DNA of 64,000 nucleotides, taken from contig CAMTVQ010000002.1 in the NCBI GenBank assembly GCA_947085255.1, positions 68,688 through 132,687 on the forward strand. Reading direction: 5' to 3'. Shown here piece after piece: positions 46,477 to 56,428 of the stretch (its first letter is position 1; every line of letters begins with the position of its first letter). Both the position numbers and the translations under genes were made by a program. The notes beneath the pieces were generated by a model. The model worked only from the letters and a program-made list of their open reading frames with translations. It was not told the origin of the DNA and searched no databases. Source of the stretch: an uncultured bacterium (GTDB lineage: Bacteria; Bacteroidota; Bacteroidia; Sphingobacteriales; Sphingobacteriaceae).

Positions 46477-48207
46477 ATGAACATGAAAATTCTATTCCGA
46501 TTACTTACTCTACTGCTGCTAATACATGCAAGCACCGCATTTGCACAAGCTCCGCCTCAGGCATTCAAATACCAATCTATTGTTCGTAATACGGCTGGAA
46601 ACCCACTCGTAAATACCAGCATTCAGATACGTGCCACCGTGCATGAAAGTTCAGCAACGGGCGTTGCAGAGTATCAAGAAACGCATAATGCTATTACCAA
46701 CCAATTTGGATTGATAAACCTTGAAATAGGTACAGGAACAGTGGTAAGTGGCGTATTTGCTAACATTGATTGGGGAGCAGGAACTAAATGGATGCAAATT
46801 GAAGCCGATTTTGGAACGGGATATGAGCCAATGGGAAATTCCCAATTATTGAGCGTTCCGTATGCATTGTACGCCCCCAATAGAACAGCAGGAGTAACGG
46901 GCACAACAAGTGCTACTGGAGCAAATGGAATAAATGGTGCTACTGGAGCCACCAGCGCAACAGGCAAAGGAAATACAGGAACAACAGGCAGTACCAGCGC
47001 AACGGGCATTAATGGAATTACTGGGGCTACAGGGGCTACGAGTGCCACTGGAAAAGGAAATACAGGAACGACAGGATCTACCAGTGCAACAGGCACAGAA
47101 GGAATTACTGGAGCAACAGGCAGTACCAGTGCTACTGGTATGGGAATTACTGGAACAACAGGTTCTACTAGTACAACAGGTGAAATAGGCGCTACTGGAG
47201 TAACAGGCAGTACCAGTGCTACAGGCATGGGTATTACCGGAACAACGGGTAGTACAAGTGCGACAGGTGCAGAAGGAATTACTGGAGCAACGGGCAGTAC
47301 CAGTGCTACTGGCATGGGTATTACTGGAACAACAGGTTCAACTAGTGCCACAGGTGCAGAAGGTGTTACTGGAGTAACGGGCAGTACCAGCGCTACAGGC
47401 ATGGGTATTACCGGAACAACAGGTTCAACTAGCGCCACAGGTGCAGAAGGAATTACTGGAGCAACAGGCAGTACCAGTGCTACAGGCATGGGAATTACCG
47501 GAACAACGGGTAGTACCAGCGCAACTGGTGCAGAAGGAATTACCGGAGTAACAGGCAGTACTAGTGCAACTGGAGCTGAAGGCATTACCGGAACAACGGG
47601 TTCTACCAGTGCAACTGGCGCAATAGGAATTACTGGAACAACAGGTTCTACCAGTACAACAGGTGAAATAGGCGCTACTGGAGTAACAGGTAGTACCAGC
47701 GCTACAGGTGCGATAGGAATTACTGGAGCAACCGGCATTACCAGCGCAACTGGATTACAAGGAATTACTGGAGCAACCGGCAATTCAATAAATACTTATG
47801 CAGAGTTTTATGCACTAATGCCTACCGACAATGCTGCAACTATAGCAATTGGCGCACCCGTATTATTCCCTCGAGATGGGCCAACAGATGGGGTAATTAC
47901 CCGCATTTCTGCTGGTACTTTTCAACTAACGGATGTAGGAACATACCAAGTGTTTTTTCAGGTAAGTATATCGGAAGCAGCACAACTGGTGTTGGTACTC
48001 AATGGAACTGAACTTACCAGAACAGTAGTAGGACGTGCTACGGGTACCAGTCAGGTGGTAGGTATGTCATTTATCACTACCACTACAGCAAATTCCATAT
48101 TGGCGGTACATAATCCAGCTACGAATAGCACAGCACTAACCATTACTCCTATTGCTGGAGGTGCCAATGCGGTTTCGGCTAATCTGGTTATTATGAGAAT
48201 AAAGTAA
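46477..48207 (+). CDS. secreted collagen-like (GxT triplet repeat) protein with a BclA-C / C1q-like C-terminal globular domain
   Basis: Start re-set to [24 protein letters not shown] (signal peptide). ~110-aa N-terminal domain, ~300 aa of G-x-T triplets, and a ~140-aa beta-rich C-terminal domain ([16 protein letters not shown]...LVLNGTEL...ANLVIMRIK). Confidence 0.7.
   Translation: MNMKILFRLLTLLLLIHASTAFAQAPPQAFKYQSIVRNTAGNPLVNTSIQIRATVHESSATGVAEYQETHNAITNQFGLINLEIGTGTVVSGVFANIDWGAGTKWMQIEADFGTGYEPMGNSQLLSVPYALYAPNRTAGVTGTTSATGANGINGATGATSATGKGNTGTTGSTSATGINGITGATGATSATGKGNTGTTGSTSATGTEGITGATGSTSATGMGITGTTGSTSTTGEIGATGVTGSTSATGMGITGTTGSTSATGAEGITGATGSTSATGMGITGTTGSTSATGAEGVTGVTGSTSATGMGITGTTGSTSATGAEGITGATGSTSATGMGITGTTGSTSATGAEGITGVTGSTSATGAEGITGTTGSTSATGAIGITGTTGSTSTTGEIGATGVTGSTSATGAIGITGATGITSATGLQGITGATGNSINTYAEFYALMPTDNAATIAIGAPVLFPRDGPTDGVITRISAGTFQLTDVGTYQVFFQVSISEAAQLVLVLNGTELTRTVVGRATGTSQVVGMSFITTTTANSILAVHNPATNSTALTITPIAGGANAVSANLVIMRIK
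46891..47781 (+). repeat. coding triplet-repeat region with an 87-bp (29-aa) higher-order period
   Basis: The unit [30 protein letters not shown] is repeated. G-x-T runs are interrupted by SAT and by 2-residue GM steps. The antisense PVAPV ORF 46674-47783 is a shadow. Confidence 0.85.
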
Positions 48208-48232
48208 CCCATTATTTAGACACCTAAATACC

Positions 48233-48763
48233 ATGAAGATGAAATTTAAAATCAGTACCCTACTTACCGTCCTATACTTTTATGGCGCAAGCAGTTGTTT
48301 GTATGCTCAATACTTCCCTCACCATGTGATTGCCTCCTCAGGAACTTTTACAACATCAGCAAGTGGTTCCATGGCTTGGACCCTTGGTGAAATCACAATA
48401 GAAACCTGTACCTCTATTGATAATTTTCTAACGCAGGGCTTTCATCAGCCATCTGAACGCGCAACAGCAGTAGTGCCTACCGATTTTTTTATTCCAGAGG
48501 GTTTCTCGCCGAACGACGATGTGGTAAACGACTTGTTTATTATTAGAGGCATTGACAATTACCCCAAAAACACCTTTGTGGTGCTTAACCGTTGGGGTAC
48601 TAAGCTATTTGAGGCAAGTCCGTATCAAAACAATTGGGACGGAAAAGCCAAAATGGGCATGCGCCTCGGAGAAGGTGAATTGCCCACAAGTACGTATTTC
48701 TACCTGCTCGATTTGGGTGATGGTTCTGAGGTGTTTAAAGGAACTATCTATTTGATTAAATAA
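48233..48763 (+). CDS. minimal T9SS type B (gliding-motility CHU_C) C-terminal-domain protein
   Basis: 176 aa. Signal peptide, a ~70-aa N-terminal part, then FIPEGFSPNDDVVNDLFIIRGIDNYPKNTFVVLNRWGTKLFEASPYQNNWDGK...GTYFYLLDLG...KGTIYLIK, closely similar to the C-terminus of 57677-60940. Confidence 0.8.
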   Translation: MKMKFKISTLLTVLYFYGASSCLYAQYFPHHVIASSGTFTTSASGSMAWTLGEITIETCTSIDNFLTQGFHQPSERATAVVPTDFFIPEGFSPNDDVVNDLFIIRGIDNYPKNTFVVLNRWGTKLFEASPYQNNWDGKAKMGMRLGEGELPTSTYFYLLDLGDGSEVFKGTIYLIK

Positions 48764-48799
48764 GTGAATTATGTAACTATTTCCGGAAGATGTGTAAAG
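48764..48799 (+). promoter_or_regulatory. 36-bp promoter module, copy 4 (starts 1 nt after the stop codon of 48233-48763)
   Basis: GTGAATTATGTAACTATTTCCGGAAGATGTGTAAAG. -7-like tcTTTG at 48823-48826. ATG at 48862, 63 nt after the module end. Confidence 0.7.
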
Positions 48800-48861
48800 C
48801 GGCAGCATACGAAGCAAGCATCTTTGTGGGGTGAAGATTCATTCACCCTAATTACAATAAA

Positions 48862-50487
48862 ATGAACAATCCATTACGCTATATTATAGCCACAGCCATT
48901 ACACTGTTAGCTATTCCTTCTGTAAATTTTGGACAGGCTCCTAACTTAGGATCAGCTGCCAATTTTGTATTATTTTCTACCGATGGTGCTGTAAGCAACT
49001 CGGGCATTTCTCAACTTACAGGTAATGTAGGTACCAACAATGGTTCTAGTACCAATTTTGGAAACGTAAACGGTGGCATGCACGACCAGGACATTACCAG
49101 TGCGCAGTGTGCCGCAGATTTACTGATTGCTTACAATCAATTGGATGCAGCTATTCCAACTATGTTTCCTGCTCCACTTCTTGGAAATGGCGATACACTT
49201 GATGCGGCAGTATATGCTGTAGCGCAAGCAGCTACTTTAAACGGAACCCTTATTTTGGATGGAAAGGGGCAACCTGGTTCTGTATTTGTTTTTCAGATAG
49301 ATGGCTCATTTTTAACAAGCGCCAACTCAAAAATACTATTGATTAATGGAGCACAAGCATGTAATGTATTTTGGAAAATAGAAGGTTTGGTAAGCATGGC
49401 TTCTGGAACAAGTATGAAAGGCACTGTGATTGCCAACAATGCTGCCATTGAAATGAACACCACCAATACATTGGAAGGCAGATTGCTTTCTACGGCTGGT
49501 GCGGTTACGGTTGATGGCGTATTGGCATATACACCTATTGGTTGCGGAAGTGCTGTACTTACTGGTCCTACTGCTCCTGCATTGGGCAGTGCTATCTGTT
49601 ATGCACTATTTTCTTCTAACGGAGCGGTTTCTAATACTGGTGTAACGTATGTTACTGGTGATATTGGTAGCAACAACGGAAGCGCTACTGGCTTCAATCC
49701 ATTGTTTGTAACAGGCACTATTCACCCTATACCTGATGGCTCTACACAACAATGTGCTAACGATTTATTAGTTGCTTATAATTATATAAACGCATTGCCT
49801 TTCGATATCGAATTATTATATCCTGAGCAGTTTGGAAGAAACTTGGTACTTACTCCACATACCTACCGTATGAACGGTGCAGTTACTTTTACTGATAGTT
49901 TGTACCTAAATGCACAAGGCAATGCCGATGCGGTATTTGTGATACAAGTAAACGGAGCACTTTCTACCAGCACATACGCAAAAGTGATTTTGATAAACGG
50001 AGCACAAGCTAAAAACGTGTATTGGAAAATAGAAGGTGCTGTAAGCATTAATAACTATTCTATTTTTAGAGGAACAATTATTTGCAACAACGGTGCTTTG
50101 GGAGCTTTTAATACAGGAGTTGAGTTGGATGGCAGAATGCTTACCACTACAGGTGCTTTAACAACTGCAGCAGTAAATGTAGTAGCTACCATGTTGCCTG
50201 GCAATTGTGCTACAGCAAGCATTTCGTCTCCTAATGAGGATACAAAAGCGGTAACTATTTACCCAAATCCATTTAGCACCATTGCTACTATTGAGGTAAA
50301 TGATGCAGCACATATTGGACGCGTTGAGTTGGTACTATACAACGTACTGGGAGCCGAAATAACCCGCACCCGCATTACAAAACAAACGACCACCTTGCAC
50401 ACCAATGACCTACCTGCAGGCGTGTATTTTTACAAGGTAATTGATGGCGCTAAAACCATACAATCAGGAAAACTGATTGCTCAATAG
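48862..50487 (+). CDS. tandem double DUF3494 (ice-binding-like) protein with T9SS type A C-terminal sorting domain
   Basis: 541 aa with a signal peptide. Two DUF3494 units (FVLFSTDGAVSNSG...VFWKIEGLVS...LEGRLLSTAGAVTV, and YALFSSNGAVSNTG...VYWKIEGAVS...LDGRMLTTTGALT). C-terminal IYPNPFSTIATIEV...GVYFYKV tail. Confidence 0.8.
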   Translation: MNNPLRYIIATAITLLAIPSVNFGQAPNLGSAANFVLFSTDGAVSNSGISQLTGNVGTNNGSSTNFGNVNGGMHDQDITSAQCAADLLIAYNQLDAAIPTMFPAPLLGNGDTLDAAVYAVAQAATLNGTLILDGKGQPGSVFVFQIDGSFLTSANSKILLINGAQACNVFWKIEGLVSMASGTSMKGTVIANNAAIEMNTTNTLEGRLLSTAGAVTVDGVLAYTPIGCGSAVLTGPTAPALGSAICYALFSSNGAVSNTGVTYVTGDIGSNNGSATGFNPLFVTGTIHPIPDGSTQQCANDLLVAYNYINALPFDIELLYPEQFGRNLVLTPHTYRMNGAVTFTDSLYLNAQGNADAVFVIQVNGALSTSTYAKVILINGAQAKNVYWKIEGAVSINNYSIFRGTIICNNGALGAFNTGVELDGRMLTTTGALTTAAVNVVATMLPGNCATASISSPNEDTKAVTIYPNPFSTIATIEVNDAAHIGRVELVLYNVLGAEITRTRITKQTTTLHTNDLPAGVYFYKVIDGAKTIQSGKLIAQ

Positions 50488-50505
50488 TTACACAAGTTAA
50501 CTATC

Positions 50506-50540
50506 AAAAGCCCCCTTGCTTTAGGCGAGGGGGCTTTTTT
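50506..50540 (+). terminator. rho-independent terminator
   Basis: AAAAGCCCCCT (50506-50516) pairs with AGGGGGCTTTT (50528-50538). T-run to 50540. Confidence 0.8.
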
Positions 50541-50548
50541 ATGAATGT

Positions 50549-50584
50549 GTGAATAATGCAAGTAATTATCAAAGTTGTGTAACA
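50549..50584 (+). promoter_or_regulatory. 36-bp promoter module, copy 5
   Basis: GTGAATAATGCAAGTAATTATCAAAGTTGTGTAACA. TAccTTTA -7-like box at 50605-50612. Confidence 0.65.
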
Positions 50585-50671
50585 GCTACCACAATATATG
50601 AGGGTACCTTTACAAGGCATTATACCTTTTAAATTAACTCCTGATATTTTGGGATTCAACTATTGACTACC

Positions 50672-51502
50672 ATGGCTATTACCTATTACATGCTTCAAAT
50701 ACCTACTATATGGCTATTTCTTTTGCTTGTTTCTTTTGGAGCACTTTTTACGGGTATGGCTACTTTTCTTTTTCGCAAATATATGAACGTGAAAATTCTC
50801 CGTTCGCACAATGAAGTAACTGGATTCTTTTTTATGGCTATTGCTAGCCTTTATTCCTTGTTACTTGGCTTTGTGGTGTTTGTGGTGTTTGGTCAATTAA
50901 ATGAAACACAAAGCAACGTGAGTAAGGAAGGCAGTTCTGCTATGGGTTTGTATCGCGATATTAAGTTTTACCCCGACACCTTTGAATCAAAGCAACTGAT
51001 GATCGTGTACCTCGATTTTGTGTTTAATGTAATAGATGACGAGTTCCCAAATATGGAACAAATGAAAGTAAGTCGCAAAACACCCGAATCATTTAATCGT
51101 GTGTTTTACAAAATGGAGCACTTAAATCCCAAAAATCCTTTCCAAATTCAGTTGGTAGCAGGAATGTTCAATCACTTAAACGAACTAGCTACTTACAGGG
51201 GACTCCGTACCGCTTCTACAGAGACAGAAATTCCTCCTTTTATGTGGTTGCCTATTATATTAGGTGCAATCATTACCATCACTTGTGCTTTGTTACTAGA
51301 TATTGAACATACCTCTGTACATGTGGGATTAAATGCACTTTTCGGTGCTTTTATTGGCATGTTCCTTTTCATCATTATTCTGCTGGACCACCCCTACACG
51401 GGCAGCTTGCGTATTAAGCCCAAATCGTATAAAGAAATATTTACGATGGAACAGTGGGCAAATGAAAACCACTCAAAAAAAGCAAACAAACTAACTAAGT
51501 AG
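50672..51502 (+). CDS. DUF4239-family membrane protein
   Basis: The ORF track starts at TTG 50663. ATG 50672 is preferred. N-terminal two TM helices, a soluble middle part and C-terminal TM helices with ...LLDHPYTGSLRIKP, as in DUF4239 proteins. Confidence 0.55.
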   Translation: MAITYYMLQIPTIWLFLLLVSFGALFTGMATFLFRKYMNVKILRSHNEVTGFFFMAIASLYSLLLGFVVFVVFGQLNETQSNVSKEGSSAMGLYRDIKFYPDTFESKQLMIVYLDFVFNVIDDEFPNMEQMKVSRKTPESFNRVFYKMEHLNPKNPFQIQLVAGMFNHLNELATYRGLRTASTETEIPPFMWLPIILGAIITITCALLLDIEHTSVHVGLNALFGAFIGMFLFIIILLDHPYTGSLRIKPKSYKEIFTMEQWANENHSKKANKLTK

Positions 51503-51521
51503 AAAATCTAATTCTAAAAAA

Positions 51522-52004
51522 ATGACTATTCCCGGAAAATTAATTCCCGCAATTATAATAGGCTGTTTCTTGACACTTATTATCACTGCTTGCGAATCAC
51601 GTGAGCAAAAAACAGACGATGCATTCGATCGTGTAAAGAAAGAAAAAATGAGCTTTAATGATAGCAACAGCGTTGATAGAGCAATGCTTCAGGAGCAAAA
51701 TAAAGTTGAGATTTTTAAGGCAACTAAAAAATTGGATGAGTGGGTTGTGTTTAAGATTGAAATGGAGAAAAAACTACTCACCAACGAAAATAAAATTGAA
51801 AAAATAAAGGGTATTCCTAATACAGGAAACAAGCTATCCAGAAAAATAACAAGCTTAGAAACAGCTAATCGTGATTTGAGAATACAAATGGATGAATACA
51901 AGAAAGAAACGAAAGCGAAATGGGAAAGCTTTAGGGCGAAAATAAATCAGGATGTAGATAAGATTGATATTGAGTTAAAAGACATCATCCTAAACGATAA
52001 GTAA
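51522..52004 (+). CDS. coiled-coil lipoprotein (hypothetical)
   Basis: 160 aa. Lipobox LIITAC. Lys/Glu-rich helical sequence. The C-terminal KAKWESFRAKINQDVDKIDIELKD resembles the C-terminus of 52404-52844. Confidence 0.5.
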   Translation: MTIPGKLIPAIIIGCFLTLIITACESREQKTDDAFDRVKKEKMSFNDSNSVDRAMLQEQNKVEIFKATKKLDEWVVFKIEMEKKLLTNENKIEKIKGIPNTGNKLSRKITSLETANRDLRIQMDEYKKETKAKWESFRAKINQDVDKIDIELKDIILNDK

Positions 52005-52024
52005 TAGTAAACGAGTTTACTATC

Positions 52025-52067
52025 AAAAGCCCCTGTCTGATTGAATTCAGCGCAGGGGCTTTTTTTA
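52025..52067 (+). terminator. rho-independent terminator
   Basis: AAAAGCCCCTG (52025-52035) pairs with CAGGGGCTTTT (52053-52063), plus inner CTGA/TCAG pairing and a T7 run. Confidence 0.8.
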
Positions 52068-52078
52068 TGCCTCAATAT

Positions 52079-52114
52079 GTGAATGATGTAACTAATTATC
52101 AAAGTTGTGTAATA
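52079..52114 (+). promoter_or_regulatory. 36-bp promoter module, copy 6
   Basis: GTGAATGATGTAACTAATTATCAAAGTTGTGTAATA. -7-like tcTTTA at 52139-52142. ATG at 52179, 65 nt after the module end. Confidence 0.7.
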
Positions 52115-52178
52115 TCTAAAGGGATGTATTTCCTCATCTTTAATCAGTGGTAATTAAGCCCTACAAAAAAATAAGACG

Positions 52179-52367
52179 ATGAAAAATACCCTAGAGTTAC
52201 AAGGCAATTGGAACGAAATAACAGGAAAATTGAAGCAAAAATTTGCTGTACTAACAGATAGCGATTTGCTACTAGTAGAAGGAAAAGCCGATGAGTTAAT
52301 AGGCAGACTGCAAATAAAATTGGGTAAAAGTAAAGAAGAAATACAAAAGCTTATCAGCGAATTATAA
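52179..52367 (+). CDS. CsbD-family general stress protein
   Basis: 62 aa. GNWNEITGKLKQKFAVLTDSDLLLVEGKADELIGRLQIKLGKSKEE is the CsbD signature. Confidence 0.8.
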   Translation: MKNTLELQGNWNEITGKLKQKFAVLTDSDLLLVEGKADELIGRLQIKLGKSKEEIQKLISEL

Positions 52368-52403
52368 ATCTAAAAAAGCAATAACCCCTTAAAAATAACG
52401 AAC

Positions 52404-52844
52404 ATGAAAAAGTCAATCGTAGTACTGGCAGTATGTACCCTTACAATAGGTATAGCAGCAACAAGTTGTAATAACTCGGCTAAAAAAGTAGAAAATGCTC
52501 AAGAAGAAGTTATAGAAGCCAATGAAGAATTGGATGAGGCCAACGAAGAATATATCGAAGATATGAATGAATATAGAAGAGAAACTGCAGAAAGAATTGC
52601 TGCCAACGAAAAAAGCATAGCCGAACTAAAAGCACGAGTAGAAAACGAAAAGAGTGAAGCACGTGCAGAGTACAATGAAAAAATTGCCAAGCTAGAACAA
52701 AGAAACAGTGACATTAAAAAGAAATTAGACGATTACAAAGCAGAAGGAAAAGAGAGTTGGAATACGTTCAAAGCAGAGTTTAATCGTGATATGGATGAGT
52801 TAGGCGAAGCGTTTAGAGATCTAACTGTTAAAAATAACAAGTAG
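52404..52844 (+). CDS. coiled-coil lipoprotein (hypothetical; paralog-like to 51522-52004)
   Basis: 146 aa. Lipobox AATSC. Glu/Lys/Asn-rich helices. C-terminal KESWNTFKAEFNRDMDELGEAFRD. Confidence 0.5.
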   Translation: MKKSIVVLAVCTLTIGIAATSCNNSAKKVENAQEEVIEANEELDEANEEYIEDMNEYRRETAERIAANEKSIAELKARVENEKSEARAEYNEKIAKLEQRNSDIKKKLDDYKAEGKESWNTFKAEFNRDMDELGEAFRDLTVKNNK

Positions 52845-52866
52845 TAATTTAAAGCAATTGGTGCAG

Positions 52867-53109
52867 ATGAAAAAGCAAAGTACTTCTAACAAAAACGAGG
52901 CGAAGAAAGCCAGTTTACCCACACCTGATTTTACCAGTCCGGAAATAAATACGGACAAAACCAGACGGGATAACGATGCCGACAAAACGATTAAAAGAAG
53001 CAAATCGAAAAAATCGAAATTGGAGATAGACCCTGACTCGACAAAGATAGATACCGACGCTGATAAAACAGATCGATTGAATTTGCCAAACAACCCAAGT
53101 AAGCAATAA
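52867..53109 (+). CDS. small highly charged, probably disordered (hydrophilin-like) protein
   Basis: The ORF track starts at TTG 52858. ATG 52867 gives MKKQSTSNKNEAKK... About 80 aa dominated by K/D/T/S with repeated DxDADKT motifs and no hydrophobic core. Confidence 0.4.
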   Translation: MKKQSTSNKNEAKKASLPTPDFTSPEINTDKTRRDNDADKTIKRSKSKKSKLEIDPDSTKIDTDADKTDRLNLPNNPSKQ

Positions 53110-53135
53110 TAAAACACTGCTAGTAATATTGAGTT

Positions 53136-54611
53136 ATGGAAAAGAAAAAATTAACAACCGCAAGCGGTAGACCTTACTACGAATTCGACAATACGATGTC
53201 TGTTGGCAACAGGGGACCACTCCTGTTGCAAGACTTCCTTCTGCACGAAGACATGGCTCATTTCAACCGCGAACGTATTCCAGAACGTGTAGTACATGCA
53301 AAAGGTGCGGGTGCTTTTGGCACTTTTACAGTAACGCATGATATTACCGCCTATACCAAAGCTCACTTATTTTCTAAAATTGGTCAGCAAACACCCATTT
53401 TTGCCCGCTTTTCGCAAGTAGGTGGCGAAAAGGGAAGTGCCGATACCGAAAGGGATCCACGTGGCTTTGCCATTAAGTTTTATACCGAAGAAGGCAATTG
53501 GGATTTAGTAGGTAATAATACCCCCGTATTTTTTATTAAGGACCCTAAAAAGTTCTCTCATTTTATACATACGCAAAAGCGCGACCCAAAATCAAACTGC
53601 AAAAGCCCCACCATGATGTGGGATTTTTGGAGCCTAAATCCCGAAAGCTTGCATCAGGTAATGATTTTGATGAGCGACCGAGGCACACCCTATTCTTATC
53701 GCCACATGCATGGATTTGGAAGCCATACGTTTTCGCTCATCAACAGTAAGGAAGAACGTACTTGGGTAAAATTCCATTTTGTAACCCTACAAGGCATTAA
53801 AAACCTATTAGGTAAAGAAGCCGATGAAATGCGCGGCATAGACCCCGACCATGCACAACGTGATTTGGTAGAAGCCATCGAAAAAAATGACTTTCCGAAA
53901 TGGGCACTCAAAATTCAGGTAATGACCACCGAGCAGGCAAAAACATTTAAATGGAACCCCTTTGACCTGACTAAAATTTGGCCACATAAAGAATATCCAT
54001 TGCTGGATGTAGGCATTATGGAGCTCAACAGAATTCCCGAAAACTATTTCCGTGATGTAGAACAAGCTGCCTTTGCGCCAGCCAGTATTGTAGCAGGCAT
54101 TGGCTTTTCGCATGATAAAGTATTACAAGGCAGGTTGCTTTCTTACCCCGATGCACACCGTTATCGTTTGGGGGTAAACTACGAACAAATTCCAGTAAAC
54201 AAGTGTCCATACGTGGTTACCAATTATCAACGCGATGGACACATGCAAATGAGCGAAAACGGAGGTGCAAGCCCCAATTATCGCCCAAATAGCTTTGACG
54301 ACATTGTGGCAGAAGAACAGTACAGAGAACCTGCAATAACATTAGATTCTAACGTTGCCGATTGGTTTGACCGTAATGAAAACGACGACGACCATTACTC
54401 TCAACCAGGGGCGCTTTACCGCAATGCCATGAACGAGGACGACCGTAAAAATTTGGCACACAACATCGTGCGCTCTATGAGTGGTATTACAGGAGAAAAA
54501 AAAGACGAGATTATTAATAGAACCTTAGGTCATTTCTCTTATGTAGATGTTCGGTTAGGAAATGCAATAGCAGCAGAATTAGGTGTAAGAACTATTAACG
54601 AATCTGTTTAA
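53136..54611 (+). CDS. monofunctional heme catalase (small-subunit type)
   Basis: 491 aa. FNRERIPERVVHAKGAGAFG (distal His), RFSQVGGEKGSADTERDPRGFA, and the proximal Tyr region RLLSYPDAHRYRLG. Confidence 0.9.
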   Translation: MEKKKLTTASGRPYYEFDNTMSVGNRGPLLLQDFLLHEDMAHFNRERIPERVVHAKGAGAFGTFTVTHDITAYTKAHLFSKIGQQTPIFARFSQVGGEKGSADTERDPRGFAIKFYTEEGNWDLVGNNTPVFFIKDPKKFSHFIHTQKRDPKSNCKSPTMMWDFWSLNPESLHQVMILMSDRGTPYSYRHMHGFGSHTFSLINSKEERTWVKFHFVTLQGIKNLLGKEADEMRGIDPDHAQRDLVEAIEKNDFPKWALKIQVMTTEQAKTFKWNPFDLTKIWPHKEYPLLDVGIMELNRIPENYFRDVEQAAFAPASIVAGIGFSHDKVLQGRLLSYPDAHRYRLGVNYEQIPVNKCPYVVTNYQRDGHMQMSENGGASPNYRPNSFDDIVAEEQYREPAITLDSNVADWFDRNENDDDHYSQPGALYRNAMNEDDRKNLAHNIVRSMSGITGEKKDEIINRTLGHFSYVDVRLGNAIAAELGVRTINESV

Positions 54612-54624
54612 AACATACAGCACC

Positions 54625-54963
54625 ATGGAAAAGCACCCAACAACACCAGCAGAAAGCAACCAAAAAATGGAACGTGCTCAAAAGGTAACGGAACAGGCGC
54701 TTTATGGAAATACACGGAAAGAAAAGCTACCTCACCCAGAAACAGAAGAAATGCTGAACGCCAAGATTTTGAAAATAACGATGAAGATACGCAACGAACA
54801 CCCCGAGCTATCTAAATACATAGAAGAAATGACGGTAACAATACCCGATGAGAAGCATCCAGAAATAACACTCCAAAATTTAAGATCCTACTACAATACG
54901 TTGTGCTTGGTGGTAAATAAATATGTAATAGAACATCCAGAGAACACACCCCTAAAGAAATAA
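54625..54963 (+). CDS. hypothetical protein (112 aa)
   Basis: ORF 13 bp after the catalase gene, same strand. No recognisable motif. Confidence 0.4.
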   Translation: MEKHPTTPAESNQKMERAQKVTEQALYGNTRKEKLPHPETEEMLNAKILKITMKIRNEHPELSKYIEEMTVTIPDEKHPEITLQNLRSYYNTLCLVVNKYVIEHPENTPLKK

Positions 54964-54996
54964 AACAATAATCAGTTACACCTAATAGTTAAGAAG

Positions 54997-55689
54997 ATGA
55001 ACGTATTCCTAAAAATAAACTCCGTAAATGTTATGTTGCTTATAAGCTGCATACTCCTTTTTGGTTATATCGGCTGTTCATGGGACAATCAATCAAAAGG
55101 AAATTTACTGGACAGAACGGTAGCCGTGAGCCAACCCGCCGTGGAGCTAAAAACCAATATGCGCAAGCTATGGGAAGACCATGTAATTTGGACCCGCAAT
55201 GTAATACTGTGTTATGTTGATGGACTTCCAGGATCAGACCAATCCATAGGCCGCTTACTGCAAAACCAAGTAGATATTGGCGAGGCTATTAAACCCTATT
55301 ACGGAGAAGAAGCGGGCGAGCAATTAACCCAACTGCTGTATCCACACATTACTATTTCTATTGAGGTAATAAAAGCGGCGAAAGCCAAAAACCCAGTAGC
55401 ATTAGCAGCTGCTAGTAAACGGTGGCACCAAAACGCTAACGATATTGCCCTATTCTTAAGCGAATCTAACCCAGCATGGTCATTAGATGATATGCAAATG
55501 ATGATGGAAGATCATCTTAGATTGACAACCGATGAGGTTCAGGAACGTATCAATAAAGATTACGAAGCCGATGTGGTTGCGTATGAAGAAGCACACAAAG
55601 GCGTTTTAGCCATGGCCGATATGTTATCGGAAGGTATAATTAACCAATTCCCTGAAAAATTCGAGTTGGAAATTGCCTACTCTAAATAA
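54997..55689 (+). CDS. hypothetical all-helical protein, probable lipoprotein/secreted (230 aa)
   Basis: N-terminal hydrophobic segment ending ...GYIGCSWD. The rest is predicted helical. No recognisable catalytic motif. Confidence 0.45.
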   Translation: MNVFLKINSVNVMLLISCILLFGYIGCSWDNQSKGNLLDRTVAVSQPAVELKTNMRKLWEDHVIWTRNVILCYVDGLPGSDQSIGRLLQNQVDIGEAIKPYYGEEAGEQLTQLLYPHITISIEVIKAAKAKNPVALAAASKRWHQNANDIALFLSESNPAWSLDDMQMMMEDHLRLTTDEVQERINKDYEADVVAYEEAHKGVLAMADMLSEGIINQFPEKFELEIAYSK

Positions 55690-55701
55690 AACTATACACA
55701 C

Positions 55702-56373
55702 ATGAAACAACACATTGTAAAAGTAAAGTCGATAAGCCCCGTAACACATGATGTGTTAAAAATTGTAACGGAAAAGCCAGAAAATTTTCACTTTATTCCG
55801 GGTCAGGCAACGGGCATTTCTATTAATAAACCAGATTGGGATAAAGAGAAAAGACCTTTTACTTTTACCTGCCTACCCACTGCAGATTACTTAGAGTTCG
55901 TTATCAAAACGTACCCGCTGCACAAGGGGGTTACCAACGAGTTGTTACAACTTAAACCGAAAGACGAGTTAATTTTGCACGATGTTTTTGGAGCTATTAA
56001 CTACAAAGACGAAGGCTTATTTATTGCCGGTGGCGCAGGCATCACTCCATTTATTTCTATCTTTAGATACCTACAATCGGTAAACAAAATAGGGGACAAC
56101 AAACTGCTGTTTGCTAATAAAACAAAAGGCGACATTATTTTGGAGCAAGAATTTAAAACACTTTTGGGTAAAAACTTCATTAATATTTTAGCCGACGAAA
56201 AAGCAGATGGCTATCTACACGGGCATATTACCAAAGAATTGATTGAAAAAACTGCTGGAACTACTAATAACTCCTATTACTTATGCGGTCCGCCGCCTAT
56301 GATGGATGCCATCGAAAAACAATTAGCAGAATTAAATATAGCTCCCAGCTCCATTGTAAAAGAGACGTTTTAA
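55702..56373 (+). CDS. ferredoxin-NADP reductase-like FAD/NAD(P)-binding oxidoreductase
   Basis: 223 aa. RPFTFTC (RxYS-like FAD motif), GGAGITPFISIFR (NAD(P) motif), YLCGPPPMMDAI. Confidence 0.7.
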   Translation: MKQHIVKVKSISPVTHDVLKIVTEKPENFHFIPGQATGISINKPDWDKEKRPFTFTCLPTADYLEFVIKTYPLHKGVTNELLQLKPKDELILHDVFGAINYKDEGLFIAGGAGITPFISIFRYLQSVNKIGDNKLLFANKTKGDIILEQEFKTLLGKNFINILADEKADGYLHGHITKELIEKTAGTTNNSYYLCGPPPMMDAIEKQLAELNIAPSSIVKETF

Positions 56374-56428
56374 AAACCGTTCTCAAAAAAGCATACCAAG
56401 CATTATCAGTTCACTCACACCTCAGATA

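Noticed and set aside
46674-47783. A 369-aa minus-strand ORF (PVAPV-rich) plus the small + frame ORF 46934-47188
   Set aside because: They are frame shadows of the GxT triplet-repeat coding region. Low-complexity repeats keep alternative frames open. The + strand frame has a signal peptide, a promoter module and a globular C-terminal domain.
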